Below are positions 1 to 12,663 of a DNA stretch of 64,000 bases, in pieces (within the stretch, counting starts at the first letter, position 1; each line of letters opens with the position of its first letter). Both the position numbers and the translations under genes were made by a program. The DNA is from Lingula anatina (lineage: Eukaryota; Animalia; Brachiopoda), in NCBI GenBank assembly GCA_051362555.1, contig CM120640.1, positions 18,476,001-18,540,000 on the forward strand, written 5' to 3'. Under the pieces are notes generated by a model that was not told the origin of the DNA, made no database searches, and saw only the letters and a list, made by a program, of their open reading frames with translations.

Positions 1-1406
1 TCCTCTTAACACAAAAGAAAGTGATAAGGTCAAGTTAAGCCAAGAAGAACTTCATCTTAAAAGAATAATAAACCAATCATTAACGCTAAATGTTATTCAT
101 AGAGCCAGATGCCTCTCAGGAAATAGTCATCTGTATTTGTCTTTTTTCGAGACAAACGTCATAAGGAATGGCCTACCGTCGGGTCAACGCTTAAATGATG
201 GAAGATACATTTGAAAAATCTGGGTTAACATCCTGCCCAATTTGCGTGCTGTAAGACATTAAGTAGTAGTCAGCGGGAGTAATGAACCATACTGTAACGT
301 GATTTGGTCGATTTGGTCTCACCTTAGAGAGATATGTATCCTTATTCTTAATCAATACGATGAATCATTGCCTGTTATCATTATCGAAAATTCTTTATTT
401 TTACTGAATATGGTAAGGGGAGGCTGGGTCTTAAATAAGTAAATAAATATGAATAAACTCGGGGGATAATTTCATGAGATAATCGATTTTTCAGGACGGA
501 AAATTCCTCTGCTAACATATTCTGTGGTTTGCTTTGTGGTCGTTTCTACTTGGATCATTAAGTTAGAATCCAGGCTCCTTAACATCGTTAACATGCAAGA
601 TTCAGTCGTCTCAGTCGGAAAGTAGCCATGCTTTAAATCGCGTTAAACAACCCAACGAACAAAAATATATATGCTTGTGTTTAGATTTATACGTGCATTC
701 ATACAGAAACAAACAACACGGTATGTAAAAAAGTAGAAAAAAAAACTGAAAGATACGTAATCCCAATTTCTTGTACATATTAACTGCAAATAAAGGTAGA
801 AGTTATCATGAAATTTAGGTCTTTGGTTGTCTATTATTTTTGGTTGTCTACAGTACAGGTGCACACATACGTTTTCACCTCATCAGGCAATACATTTTGT
901 CAAGTCACCAGCACTAGACATTAACTCCCCATTAAAGGGCTGGTCTTGCACTCAAAGGAGGGACAAGTAACGCTTGCTTCGATCGTATCTGCACCAAAGG
1001 TGCAGCGAAAGGGCCATTACCCAAATGAGCCGCACCGAACCATGACTGGATAAAGACCTCCTAATGTCTCCTCTTAGATAAATGGAAAAACAAATGTAAA
1101 CAACCGAGGCACCCATCATGACTTGCAGTTCTGGATGAAAATAACATTTCAAGAAATAATGCTGTCATTTTTTTCTGTGCCTCTGAATGAATGTATGAAA
1201 GGCTGAATGAGAAAAAAATTATGTCCCTCTTATGTCCGGACCAATAACAGTATTAAGTACCCTTCACACGGTACATGTAGGCCCTATGCCAGAATATATA
1301 ATTCCTTACATAATTTTCATAAATGTCGATGTAGTTAGTTGATATCTCGGCAACTTTTGGCAAATAAAAGGAAAGGCCCAATACACTTTCACTAGACCCG
1401 AGTTAT

Positions 1407-2090
1407 TTACGTTGTAATCGCATGTGCATCACAGCCCTTGCTTGTTTTTACATCTGTTTGACACACAGTTTCCTCATACTTTGGTGGAATGTCATTTTCT
1501 GTTGTTCCGTACAGAGAGACCACCGATTGTAAAGAAGACTGCCGATTGTACTCGGGTGTTTTTCCAGTCTTAACAGCAGTGTTAAAGTCTAGGCTGAGGT
1601 CTCTCGTGGTATAAACATTACCAATGCCATTTCCGTTGAAAAGAATGAAGATTCTTTGTTGGAGATCCGACTGGCAGAATACTAGACCGCCATCGGAAGT
1701 AGTATCTATCGCTACAAAGGATGGATTCGAGACACCGCTCCTCACATATACAGAATGTTCATTAGCGCTCTCTTCGTCGCTATTTGCCATACTAGTCTCG
1801 TCACTGTCGCTGTTATAATCATTAGGCTTACTTTTCAAGCAGTAACTGCAAGCCCCTCCTCGAATACACATCATTATCCCAGTAAGGTATAAGAATAAGG
1901 CACCACAAAAAATAATAGGTCCGAGAGCGGTCCCTGGTACAGAGATCAGTATTATACCAACTCCTGCCAATGTACAGAGCGTTCCAAGAGCAAAACAAAT
2001 GAGAGAAGCGTTGATCAGAAATGGGCTGAATTCATATTTTGGTCGCTCCGAACTTTCTTCATCTATCGAATGCCCACAACAGCACCGCAT
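1407..2090 (-). CDS. Intronless 227-aa orphan membrane protein (two TM helices, Cys-rich juxtamembrane sites, cytoplasmic PPxY motif)
   Basis: Long ATG-initiated ORF in AT-rich DNA. Two hydrophobic segments (LINASLICFALGTLCTLAGVGIILISV, ALGPIIFCGALFLYLTGIMMCI), N-terminal CCC, acidic/Ser-rich tail with NPSF and PPKY. TATA-like element about 155 nt upstream. No family recognised. Confidence 0.8.
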   Translation of the reverse strand: MRCCCGHSIDEESSERPKYEFSPFLINASLICFALGTLCTLAGVGIILISVPGTALGPIIFCGALFLYLTGIMMCIRGGACSYCLKSKPNDYNSDSDETSMANSDEESANEHSVYVRSGVSNPSFVAIDTTSDGGLVFCQSDLQQRIFILFNGNGIGNVYTTRDLSLDFNTAVKTGKTPEYNRQSSLQSVVSLYGTTENDIPPKYEETVCQTDVKTSKGCDAHAITT

Positions 2091-2242
2091 GTCTATTGTC
2101 TATTTTTCCTGCTAATAAGTTTTCGTACAAAGTTCACCAGCGATTCAGGACTACTGTATCTTCGATATACGGAGATATCCAAATACTGGAGTTTTTTTCT
2201 CCTTCAGGTGTTGTTGATCTGATAGTCCCATTGTTATCTTTC

Positions 2243-2250
2243 CTTATATA
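2243..2250 (-). promoter_or_regulatory. Putative TATA box of the orphan membrane-protein gene
   Basis: TATATAAG on the minus strand about 155 nt upstream of the ATG at 2090, with a GC-richer patch further upstream (2320-2360). Confidence 0.4.
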
Positions 2251-2919
2251 GGCCTACTGCCATTTTTGCCTGCGCACATGGCTTAATGGGTGACATAGTG
2301 TGCTTAAAGTCATAACTACCAGGTCGCACGCACCCCTACGCCTCCCGCTAACGTCATCGAACCTAAAAAAGGATGAACACTCATGATCGTCAAAATAACG
2401 CTAAGTCAGAGTTGTTTATTTTATTTCTTCTCAACAGGCACAAAAGCCGTAATGTGTGTTATGGCTAACGTCTAAAAATGCTTGCTTTATCTATTCCTTA
2501 TGATATATACAGTTCAGTATAGTTAAGTATACATTTTTTAAACAGTTAAATTTTCATACTCGCTATCCTTTCCATGGCCGTAGGATAGTTTTCACTTTCG
2601 TCAACTTATGTCATCAATCAAATGCTGTGTGATAATGTCCGCTTCTGTATGCTCGTTTGTGATGTCAATGAAAGACAAATGAATACTAATTTAAGATAGT
2701 CTTTTTTCATTTTGCTGTCCATATTCACAGCTGAATATTTCCAAAATAACAGATAAAGGACAGTCCGGCATGGCAGCTACTTTTAATTTGCAATGTGTAG
2801 ACATCCATCCTGTAAATTTCCTTTATGAGCTGACTCTCTGAACGTGTCTTTATTCCTCTTTTATCCATCTTTTTATTGTTAATATACCAGTAATTGTGCT
2901 TCAACTTATTCTTATATCT

Positions 2920-2923
<4 letters not shown>

Positions 2924-2961
<38 letters not shown>
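2924..2961. repeat. (CT)n microsatellite
   Basis: About 19 perfect CT units. Confidence 0.95.
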
Positions 2962-2965
<4 letters not shown>

Positions 2966-3768
2966 AATTATATCTCCTTTATTTTATTCTGAATAAAAGT
3001 ATACTTGGGATTTTGGCGAGAATTCTTTCTCATAATTTTATATTACTTACGAAACTTGACTCTCATTCGTTCGCTCGCTAGCTAGACTTCCATACTCAAA
3101 ATTGCTCTACTAAGAATATGTTTTTGAATCTTACTTTTTCTATATTGGGCTGAAGGCAAGGAAATTGTACTACAACATGCATTCTTTATATTTTAACGGC
3201 GCGCAAAACTGCATTTCTTAAAACAGAGCTGTAATTACATGTCTTAAAAAGGATTTAACGTGTCTTTAGACATTAATACAGTATATATGAATAGAAAAAA
3301 GTGGGAGTTCAAAATTGGAATATTACTAGTCTTTTCACATGCACTCTCTCTCGAAGCAATAAAAGAATAGTCTAGATCATTTAACACAATGGATTTATAT
3401 GTACATTCTGGATCCCATGCTTAGTTTTAAACGCACGCTGAATGTTCTGGCTGGCAGTTCCTTTTAATATCCAATCACATTTTGATAATGTACATCTTAA
3501 ATCGGTAAAATACAGACATATTTTTAAAACAATCAAAATTTTCATTTGAAAATTTCACGATTTCACTATTAAACAAGGGCGTATCCTTCCAACAACAGGG
3601 AGAATGCAGGAAAGAAAAGAGAAAAAAGAAAAGAAAATGTATGGATTAGAGAAATAGAAATGAACCAATGAGAACGAAAAAAAAACAGGTTCTATAAAAA
3701 GATGTGCGTGATATGGTATCAATATGCTCGTTTATAAAAAATATGTCATCTTACACGTCACTAGTCTC

Positions 3769-5968
3769 ATGACATTTGAAAGCACTTCATATTCTGATTT
3801 TTTTTCTTTTTTATGGATTCAGTTTCAATATGTTGGAATCTAACAAACATTTTCCATCTTTAGCGTTTGTGGTCGGGCAAGCACGCAGAGGTCGGAATCG
3901 CACTCTCACTAAAGTCGCATTCTCTGCAAAGCTCCGGCATGACTACAAAAATCTGGGAATTGGACAAGGCATCATATTTGAGGAAGTGGTGACGAATGTT
4001 GGCAACGGTTTCCATGCATACACAGGTGGGTGATTTACATAACATCAAGTCTTGTCAAATTCTGCTTGTTTTATTAATTCTTCCTCTCGTCTGAAAAATA
4101 AATTGTCGAAGGTGTGAAGCTACTGTATGGGTTGCGGATCTCACACCAAAGTTTTCATTTTCACTCACACCTTAATTAGCAACAATACTTTTCTTAAAGG
4201 AAGTGATTAGCTTAAATTCATATGATCCTTCGTTAACCTAATGAGCTTTCGATTTTTCCACTCTTCCGCTACGGCGTATGTATATGTAATGCGCATTCTT
4301 CCGAGTCCGACCAATGTTACACGTACAACATCCAGTCTTGTCAAATTCTGCTTGTTTTATTAATTCTTCCTTTCGTCTGAAAAATAAATTGTCGAAGGTG
4401 TGAAGCTACTGTATGGGTTGCGGATATCACACCAAAGTTTTCATTTTCACTCACACCTTAATTAGCAACAATACTTTTCTTAAAGGAAGTGATTAGCTTA
4501 AATTCATATGATCCTTCGTAAACCTAATGAGCCTTCGATTTTTCTACTCCTCCGCTACAGCGTATGTATATGTAACGCGCAGTCTTCCGACCAATGTTAC
4601 GTGTACATGTAGCTAAAAGTGACGCTCGTGATAGAAGGCCAGAGTGTATAGAATATTTGGCCATAAGAATTTGTATAAATCTGCAAGAAAAGGACAAAGA
4701 ATTTTATACAAATCACCGGGACCACCCGCTTCCACACATGTACGCTCACATGTACTCGAATGTACTAAAATGCTCATATCACTGGTTTATTATATCTATA
4801 TATGCATGTGATTCAAATAATGTTTGCATGCAAATGAGTTTGTGCAGTGAGCCTTTTTTCCTCATTTCAAAATGTTTCCTGAAGAATTGAGCAAGTACTT
4901 CGTCTCAAATGCCTTTATTCACGTTTATGTGATATATAGGTCATAGCTTAAAAAAAAAGAATTAAGTTTCGAAAACCATCCTTAGGTTCAAAGACAACGG
5001 TGTCTATATTGCTTGAGTCAGTTTAATAGTAGGCCTACTGGGTAGAGTCTACATGCCAGGCCAGTGGAAACCTTTAGTCAATGTAAATACAAAAGTTGAA
5101 CAAATCTTGTATCATATGCCAATGCCTTGCATTAACATGTGCATGGCATGACTGTTTTTCATTGGTACGGGATATTACCCGAGCTATGCAGCCGAGGCAA
5201 TTATATTTCAGGGATCATTGAAAACATACGATAGCTTCTTATCATATCCATAGGCCAAGAAGCGTTGAATAGCATTAATGCAACAATAGAATTAATGCAA
5301 CAATTATCTGTTTCTACTTGATCTGACTTGGAACAGATATGTGTATGTCCTTAAATACTTATTAACTGGAAGCTGTGCCCTGATTACGATTCAACCACGA
5401 ATCCTGAAATTTGTCAATTCCTGGCGATTCGTGGGATTCGTGGTCTGTGTGAAATAGGGGCATAACACAGAGAGACACACTGCATTGTAAAAAAAAAAAA
5501 CTTTTTAAAATTCCTTAAAGAAAAATTACCAAGGTATCGTACTACATGTAGTCTTATGTTAAAAAAAACAGTGGGACGTTTTCATCATTTTAATATTAAC
5601 ATTTTAAGCAACTCACCAGTATGCTCTTTTGGAACAGGTGTAAATAAGTGCAGATGTACACGTGTAAAGCCTAGGGCCCAACTACGTTTTGGACACACGG
5701 TTTTTAGGTTCCTTGCGTCCGGTAAGTAATTGGTGATAAGTTTCTACGTCCTCCAAAAGTCGCACGATGGACGTGCTGCTCAGGCACGAACTCCCACTTT
5801 TGCCCCATTATTTTGGCCGTAGACCACACGTAGCAGCCCGTACGTTCGGTTGGGACCTAGGCTTTAAAATTTTGTATTAGGTGAGCAGCTTGTAATAACC
5901 AGCTTCGGTTACCGACCAGTTAACAAGGTCTTTGGCATTAATGTTCGGGGCTTATTGATGTGGCTATC

Positions 5969-6003
<35 letters not shown>

Positions 6004-8622
6004 CAGCTGCAAAGCATTGTTTCAGTTGCAAAAATAATCGTATAGGTAGAATGTGCCATTATACCAAATCTCAAGCTGTACATTAGTTCTTCATCCGTAG
6101 CTCAGTAGGTCTTGACTGCGTATCCAAGATGTCTCGGTACGTCCCCGAAGACGACATGACACCTTTTCATTCACGTAACACTTTTAGTTCTTAACTTCTC
6201 TCCAAGAAGTCATTCTATTAATGATCACAAATGGTCGACTGGATTACAGCAGCCTTTTCCTGTGTAGAAATTATGATGTGATGACCGAAGACGACACGAC
6301 AACTTTCCGCCCACGCAACACTTTCTGTTCTTAACTTCTCTTCGGGAAGTCATTCTGTAAATGATCACAAATGGTCGACTGGATTACAGCAGGTCTTTTC
6401 CTGTGTAGAAATTATTGTGATGACCGAAGACGACAGGACAATTTTTCACCCACGTGACACTTTTTGTTCTTAACTTCTCTCCGAGAAGTCATTCTGCCCT
6501 TAATGATCATAAATGGTCGACTGGGTTACAGCAGGCCTTTTCCTGTGTAGAAATTATGATGTGATAACCGATATGACGCCAGTATCAGTATTAATTTAGC
6601 GAAATTAAAGGGTTTTTGCGTGGTTCCGGCAATATACTTGGAATCAAGATAGGAAACATATGCACTCTTTTACCAAGGCAACACTATACGGGTACGTTCA
6701 CAAAGAACGAGTCAAGTGTGCCGGTTTTCCTGTACAGACGGTGTTAACAGTTAATGATTGGAAAATGAGTGGAAAACGAGCTTTGACGTGGTAAATCTAG
6801 CCATTGTTGGTTGCTTTTCAAATCCCACTGACATCGGATCTGTAGGTCAAGCATTCCCCAAGAACTTCTAAAATCTGACCAAGTACCCTGAACAAGTTGA
6901 CACAAAAATAATATAAACGCTTTCGAAGTCGCTTCGAAGAGTGATTACAAAAGGATTATTATTCTGTTTCATACCACAGATGAAATTTACGGGAAAACGT
7001 GTGCCAAGTTGATATACCTTGACACGTAATTAGGCCTACTGAATCACTGTTACCAGATACAAATGAATAGTGAAATATGTCTCTTCCTCTGCTTTTAATT
7101 GTATTAAGAGGCTTGTCTTTAGATCTGTTTCTACTGTAGCTGTCATTAACATCGGTTTAAAACGTGTGTAAAGTGGTATAGCTTAACAAGTAATTACAAA
7201 ATCACTATAATCAGATACAAATGAGTAATGGATTATGACTACATGAACGTGTTTAATAATAGAATCTAATTCTCTGAAAATCCTGTTGTATAACCTTCCA
7301 GACAACGTAATAACTGCGTCATTACTTAAGAACAAAAGGTGTTACCAAATTTAGTTTTTTCGCCTGTTCTTCAACAACCACTTTAAAATCAATCATAACA
7401 GGCTACAACAGTTTACGATGGACACTAATCATGAACCTTTCCCAACTTTGAAAAGGGCTAAAAAAGCAAAAAAAAAAAAAAAAAGACCAGAGCGGGACCC
7501 AGGTGAAACTGGAAACTCGGCTTGATTTGAAACCCCATCATTCATATGCACGTTATGATTTACTAGGTATATTCAACCCCGTTATTCCCAGAAATATTAA
7601 CTAAATTCACGTAAATCCTGCATGTACACACTTGAACCAGTGTCGATGGTGCATAAATCGTTGTTTAATTTAGTTAATCAACGAGATGACATAAATTTCT
7701 TTATGCCCCTATTCCACACCGACTACGAATTCCACGAACCGCCAGGAATTGATAAATTTTAGAAATCAGGAGAAATCGTGGAATTTTGCACGTTTCTGGT
7801 AGAAATCTTTTCACTGCTTTAGCTTCGCTTCCAAAATGGATGTTCAACAGAAAGCAGCTATAATGCTGAATCTGTAACTGGAGTATGAACATCAAATGGT
7901 GATAAATAGAAGTCTGGTTCGAAACTTCTGTGCCGATTTCACGATCTCTCAAGAATTGCAATAATTGACTGAGAATAAATAAGAATTTTAAGAGCTGAGA
8001 GCCTAAAGGATTTATCACGATTAAAGTAATAACCATGGGATTTATCAATTCTTGGCGGTTCGTGCAATTTGTGGTCGGTGTGGAACAGGGGCATCATTTT
8101 ATATATGAAATTTTTGAGGACGAACACCCTGAAATGAAACCTAACATTTGCATTTTTGTGATACACTATCAAATCAAATGTAGGTTGCCGAGGAAATTAG
8201 AAATAAATGTCAGACTCTCAGCGACTAGCCTTTTACCTTGTGCTCGTAGAGTAAACGGATGACATTTCTCAGGGACTTGGCACTCCAACAGCTAATTATC
8301 ATTTTCCCTATCCATTTCAGGTGTATTTTCTTGCCCAGTGGGTGGAACGTATTTTTTCACGGTCAATCTCGTCAGTTCATCCGTCTCGAAGGACTTTGAA
8401 AAGCGGACTGAGGTCAGCTTGGTCTACTTTGGCTATACGAAGATGGTCGTTCCCGTGATCAACAACGGCGACCACAACTCCGGCGGAAACAGCGTGATCT
8501 TTCATTGCCGTACCGGTGGAGTGGTGCAACTACTGGTCAGCTACGCAGACAACGATAACGATGCTATTGTCAGCCAGAGATATAGTTCCTTCTCTGGGTA
8601 TTTACTATTTCCTGATGATTAA
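3769..8622 (+). CDS. C1q-domain-containing (globular head) secreted-type protein; 5' end disrupted or uncertain
   Basis: First exon ends at 4025 (ACAG|GTGGGT); second exon is 8321-8622 (ccatttcAG|GT). The phase-1 join gives KVAFSAKL...IIFEEVVTNVGNGFHAYTGVFSCPVGGTYFFTVNL...GGNSVIFHC...YSSFSGYLLFPDD*, with the canonical gC1q motifs (VAFSA, F..V.TN.G, TG.F.CP..G.Y.F, FSG.LL). A hydrophobic leader follows TTG 3776; ATG 3769 is one base out of frame. Alternative acceptors at 3822 and 3863. Confidence 0.85.
4041..4607. repeat. Tandem duplication, two ~286-bp near-identical copies in the C1q intron
   Basis: aacatc(a/c)agtcttgtcaaattctgcttgttttattaattc... starts at 4041 and again at 4327, with few substitutions along its length. 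Confidence 0.95.
5376..5462. mobile_element. Internally deleted copy of the MITE family at 7704-8093
   Basis: Right end (tcaattcctggcgattcgtgggattcgtggtctgtgtgaaataggggca) matches the TIR of the 7704-8093 element and is followed by TAA. Confidence 0.7.
5667..5864. mobile_element. ~200-bp MITE with TIRs
   Basis: AAGCCTAGGGCCCAAC ... GTTGGGACCTAGGCTT inverted ends (1 mismatch), TA on both sides, no coding capacity. Confidence 0.75.
6094..6590 (+). mobile_element. tRNA-derived SINE-like element with a triplicated ~140-bp body
   Basis: A-box-like TAGCTCAGTAGG (6098-6109) and degenerate B-box GGTACGTCC (6136-6144), then three tandem units starting ccgaagacgaca at 6145, 6285 and 6424. The tandem repeat is certain; the SINE identity is inferred. 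Confidence 0.6.
7704..8093. mobile_element. ~390-bp MITE, PIF/Harbinger-like
   Basis: About 55-bp imperfect TIRs (TGCCCCTATTCCACACCGACTACGAATT... / ...AATTTGTGGTCGGTGTGGAACAGGGGCA) flanked by TTA and TCA (TNA-type target). Confidence 0.8.
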
Positions 8623-11477
8623 AGTTTTTTTAACTACCGGTTTCATATGGGGGGCAATTAAGAACTACAGCAAGCACCGTCTCCTGCGTCAGTCAAAGAC
8701 TCAGCTGCTAATCCCCCAATCTTATCATTTTTGGAGTAGTAAAGAGACACGAATATGCTTTTGTCGTTTTACGTGTTGAACTATTGTTTATAAATGCAAT
8801 ACATAAACATATCGTTAATGCGTTTGAAATATCAAACCTCAAACTCTATGCATAAATCGTCCTAGCTGTTTAATCACTAAGATTTATTTAATCAGGATTT
8901 TGAATAAATTTGTCCAAATTCACTTCTGCCTTTTCTTCTGATTAACGACTGAACATTTAACTCCAACCACAGGTTGGCCGAAATATAATGTTGAGGAGTG
9001 TTACACGTGTAGTTTGGATAGGACAAATTTGAGATCCTGCCCTACCCTATCTTCCGAAAATAAAAGTTTAATGGTGGGGTCAATTCTATTTCGTTTGTGG
9101 AAAACAAAATGTTTTAGAGTTACGGTAATCACATACAAGAATCCAAGGGCGTTTTGAAAAAAAATGACCACACGAGGTCTCTTAAATGGTTAAACTTGCT
9201 ACGAGTATTACTTTTTTTGTATAAAATTGACCATCTTTTACGATAAAAAGAGCAGTTAAAAATCTGTTATATTCATCTACATGAAACTGCCCACTTGCTG
9301 CAATTAACTGCACGTTCAGAACGTCTTCGGAAACTGACAGGACGCGAGATAGCCTAAGGATCGAAGTTGGCCAGAAATAGTGACTTTATACCAGAATACA
9401 TTTACATATATGTAAATAACGTCGTACCGAAACTCTCTAATGATGGGGACAGTTTGTCAGAACGTCAAAAACATCCTCTGGTTCAAATGTTCTCTTGGCC
9501 CGAAAATCATAAGAGCTACATTCAAATGATTATTGCATTATTATTTTTATTTCACGAGAGATTTCAAACAAAGTTAAGAAGAGAAAAATGGGTGGTGTGA
9601 TTATCAGTTGTAACTTAAATCACCAACATTACTAGGTTTAAATTAAAGTAATGAGGCAACGAACCTGTTTTTCTGAAGAGCAGAAACGTTGCTTCACACG
9701 CAGTTCTTCCGTCAGAAAAACAGAAAAGATGCAAGACGGATTTCTATTTTACGGGAACAAGCACAATCCAAATGCAAATGGTATAAAAGAAAGAAATCCC
9801 CAGTCCATGATTTGGCATATTAAACGACTCACAAACAAGATTCTTTAAACAACGAGGCAGGACTCTGGATGTTGAACGGAAATGAAATTATCTGAATGCT
9901 TTTGAAGAAAGGTCTTCTTTTTTTCAGTCACCAGGGAGTATCCGTGCTCTTACATTTCTATCTTATGCCTTCCTGAACGCTTATTGAACTAAACGACGCA
10001 TCAAATAATCCTACCGTTCAATAGAGGTTGTTCAGATTAAGTCACGTCTCAAGAATTGAGCGTGATTAGGATAATAGATGGTATACAATGTATGGCACCG
10101 GATATTTGACATCTAAACTTAGATTCATTCAAGTGTACCGGTAGATAGCTTGAGATACATTACACCTGTATTTTGAATGCAGTTCTGTAATTCTGCTGAA
10201 CTGCTCTTGCTTACTAGGCCATTCGGAGTATTTATATTTGTGCGTGCTTATATGGGTGATAAAAATGATATTGTGGTTTATAATGTAGCTGCGCGGCTTC
10301 TAATTAGTGATTTGTTTCTCTCGACGCGTTCGTTTAGAAGACAGCAGGGATTAAAGCATGTCTTATTGGGTGGATTAGTTTCTTGTATGATCAGTATGAT
10401 GGCACTAGCGAATGCAAAGCAGTACTATTTTAAGTTTAGTAGAGACTCTAGATGACAAAAATATGCAATAAGACGTGGAGGAATAGTTCATAAGCATTCG
10501 GTAAATCAGTAATGGGTTCATCAATCAGTTGAACATATTTCCCAAATGGCCGTTTTCTGAAACAATTGCCGCTCTCAACGCATCTAAAACACCGACCCTT
10601 CTGTTTGCCTGTTATCTAGGATGATTCTATTCAAGGACTTGTAATAGGAAAATATCGATCAATAAGTCTTATACACTAGGAATCTATCACTTCATTATTG
10701 ATCCAAAGAGCAAGGAACATCCTGAGTAGTTTCTTGGCGATAATTTTTTTTCCTGCAAGAACATGTCCTGAAGTACTGCAGTATAACGGCGACAGTAATC
10801 AAGTGGGCAACTTGAACACTCACCATATCCTTCGTATATGACGAAACCATTTTGAGGTTTAATAAGCTTTTACTTGAAACCAAATGTTTTAGAAAGTTCT
10901 CACCAATTTCGTTTAGCCAAACGAACTATCCGCGAAACATGTGGGTTACTTATATAACTTTTTTTTTGCTTTCATTAAACGACCACCCGTTCTCATCTCC
11001 TTTGCATGTAAACTTCTGACTTTGTATCAGCGCGCTGCTGTTCCCAAAGCGATTGTGAAAACCAATATATTATGTTAAAACTTAAAAGCATATGTTTCTG
11101 CTGAGTAATGCTGCAATAAATTATAACTCCAAAGACTTTACTTAACAACTTCTAACAGTGTGTATTACGCCATCACAGAAGTGCAAGGTGGCACTAAGAA
11201 TAGTGCCCCTTTCTCAGAGAATGAATTCTTAGCACGGCTAAATACTGCTTTTATATACATGTGTAGGTCTATTAATATCAACAGTATACATGCAACTTTA
11301 TACCTAACATCGAGTCAACGATACGCAAAAAAGTATTAAGACAAATTCTATAGCTTCATCTATAAAAATAAAGATCAAACTTGCTTCTGGGTCACAGTAG
11401 TTAGATGGGTATTTTTCCAGATCATAGTAACAGTTCAAGTAACATGCAAAGAGAAGCCAATTATCTAGAACGGCATC

Positions 11478-12012
11478 CATCATTTGCGTGCTTCAAAAGC
11501 TCGTGATTATCATGCCCAAGGAATAGTTACATATACAAGTAGCCTAAGGCTTATCTGAGCTAAGATTTGCCAAATCATCTCGCCTAATACACTGTACATT
11601 TTAATTAATAGCAAATCAAATGAGCTTAGCATTTACTAATAAGCTTGCTCTTTTTACAATCGATATCCCAGTATCAAAGGCGTCTGTGTCATGTTGACAT
11701 CCACGTAACCCACGTGACAAATAAGGCACCATACAGTATACCTCTACCATAATTTGCGTGCTTCAAAAGTTTGTGAATACCATGTCCATGGAATAGTTAC
11801 AGGTACAAGTAATGCTGATCTGAGCTAAGACAGATTTACAAAATCACTTTGTCTAATATATTATAATTAACTGCAAATCAAATAGGCTTTACATTTTACT
11901 AATTAGCTTGCCTTTTACTAATAAGCTTGCGATTTCCAGTATCAGTTACATCTGCGTCATGTTGACGTCATCCACGTAACGCACGTGACTAATGAGGCAC
12001 CATACGTATACT
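11478..12012. repeat. Diverged tandem duplication, two ~270-bp copies downstream of the GPCR stop codon
   Basis: atttgcgtgcttcaaaag...ggaatagttaca...tctgagctaaga...tccacgtaac.cacgtgac...aggcaccatac at 11482 and 11752. Confidence 0.9.
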
Positions 12013-12663
12013 TACACTGATATACAGCCTTACAATTTGTAAGGCGACGGAAAATATCTTACATTTACACTTGCAGAGTATACAATATTTAGGCCTACTA
12101 GTACACAACGAAAGTCACTCATGATTAGATAACTTATTCAATTTTTTTCACCCAGTTATAGAAGGCAAGCTCTGTTTGACAAAATTTCGTAGAAAAGAAA
12201 ACCGCCTAATCACACCAAGATTGACCTTAAAATATACAATTGAAGTAGACAAAATGGTACTTGGATACAATCTTACACTACATCTAATTTAAAACGAGTT
12301 TTTCAGTGAATAAATGTCAATGAATCACATTGTGTTTTCTTAAAGTGTACCAGAAATATTATTGGCATTCTGAGATACATATATATAACTTCAATGAATC
12401 CTTGGATGAAATAGAAAAATACGTAGAATGCGTATAAATGGACATTGGCAAGGCTGGAGTAAATAAATACGCACTTTCCTAAAAAAATAATTTAGCGAAA
12501 TAGATAATCTGTTGTGAAACAATGTAGTAACGACTGAAGCATTGCCCCACTGTATATATGTTGATACACTTTTCCGTTGTCAGTAAAAGAGACAACGTTT
12601 GACTCCCAGATCCTATGTTGCCTCCTTTGCAGGCAATGCGAACTTCAACATACAATTCATTTG

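Noticed and set aside
6098-6150. Possible tRNA gene
   Set aside because: B box is degenerate and no cloverleaf or acceptor stem forms; treated as a SINE head.
6145-6572. CRISPR-like array
   Set aside because: Units are full-length tandem copies with no unique spacers, the context is eukaryotic, and there are no cas genes.
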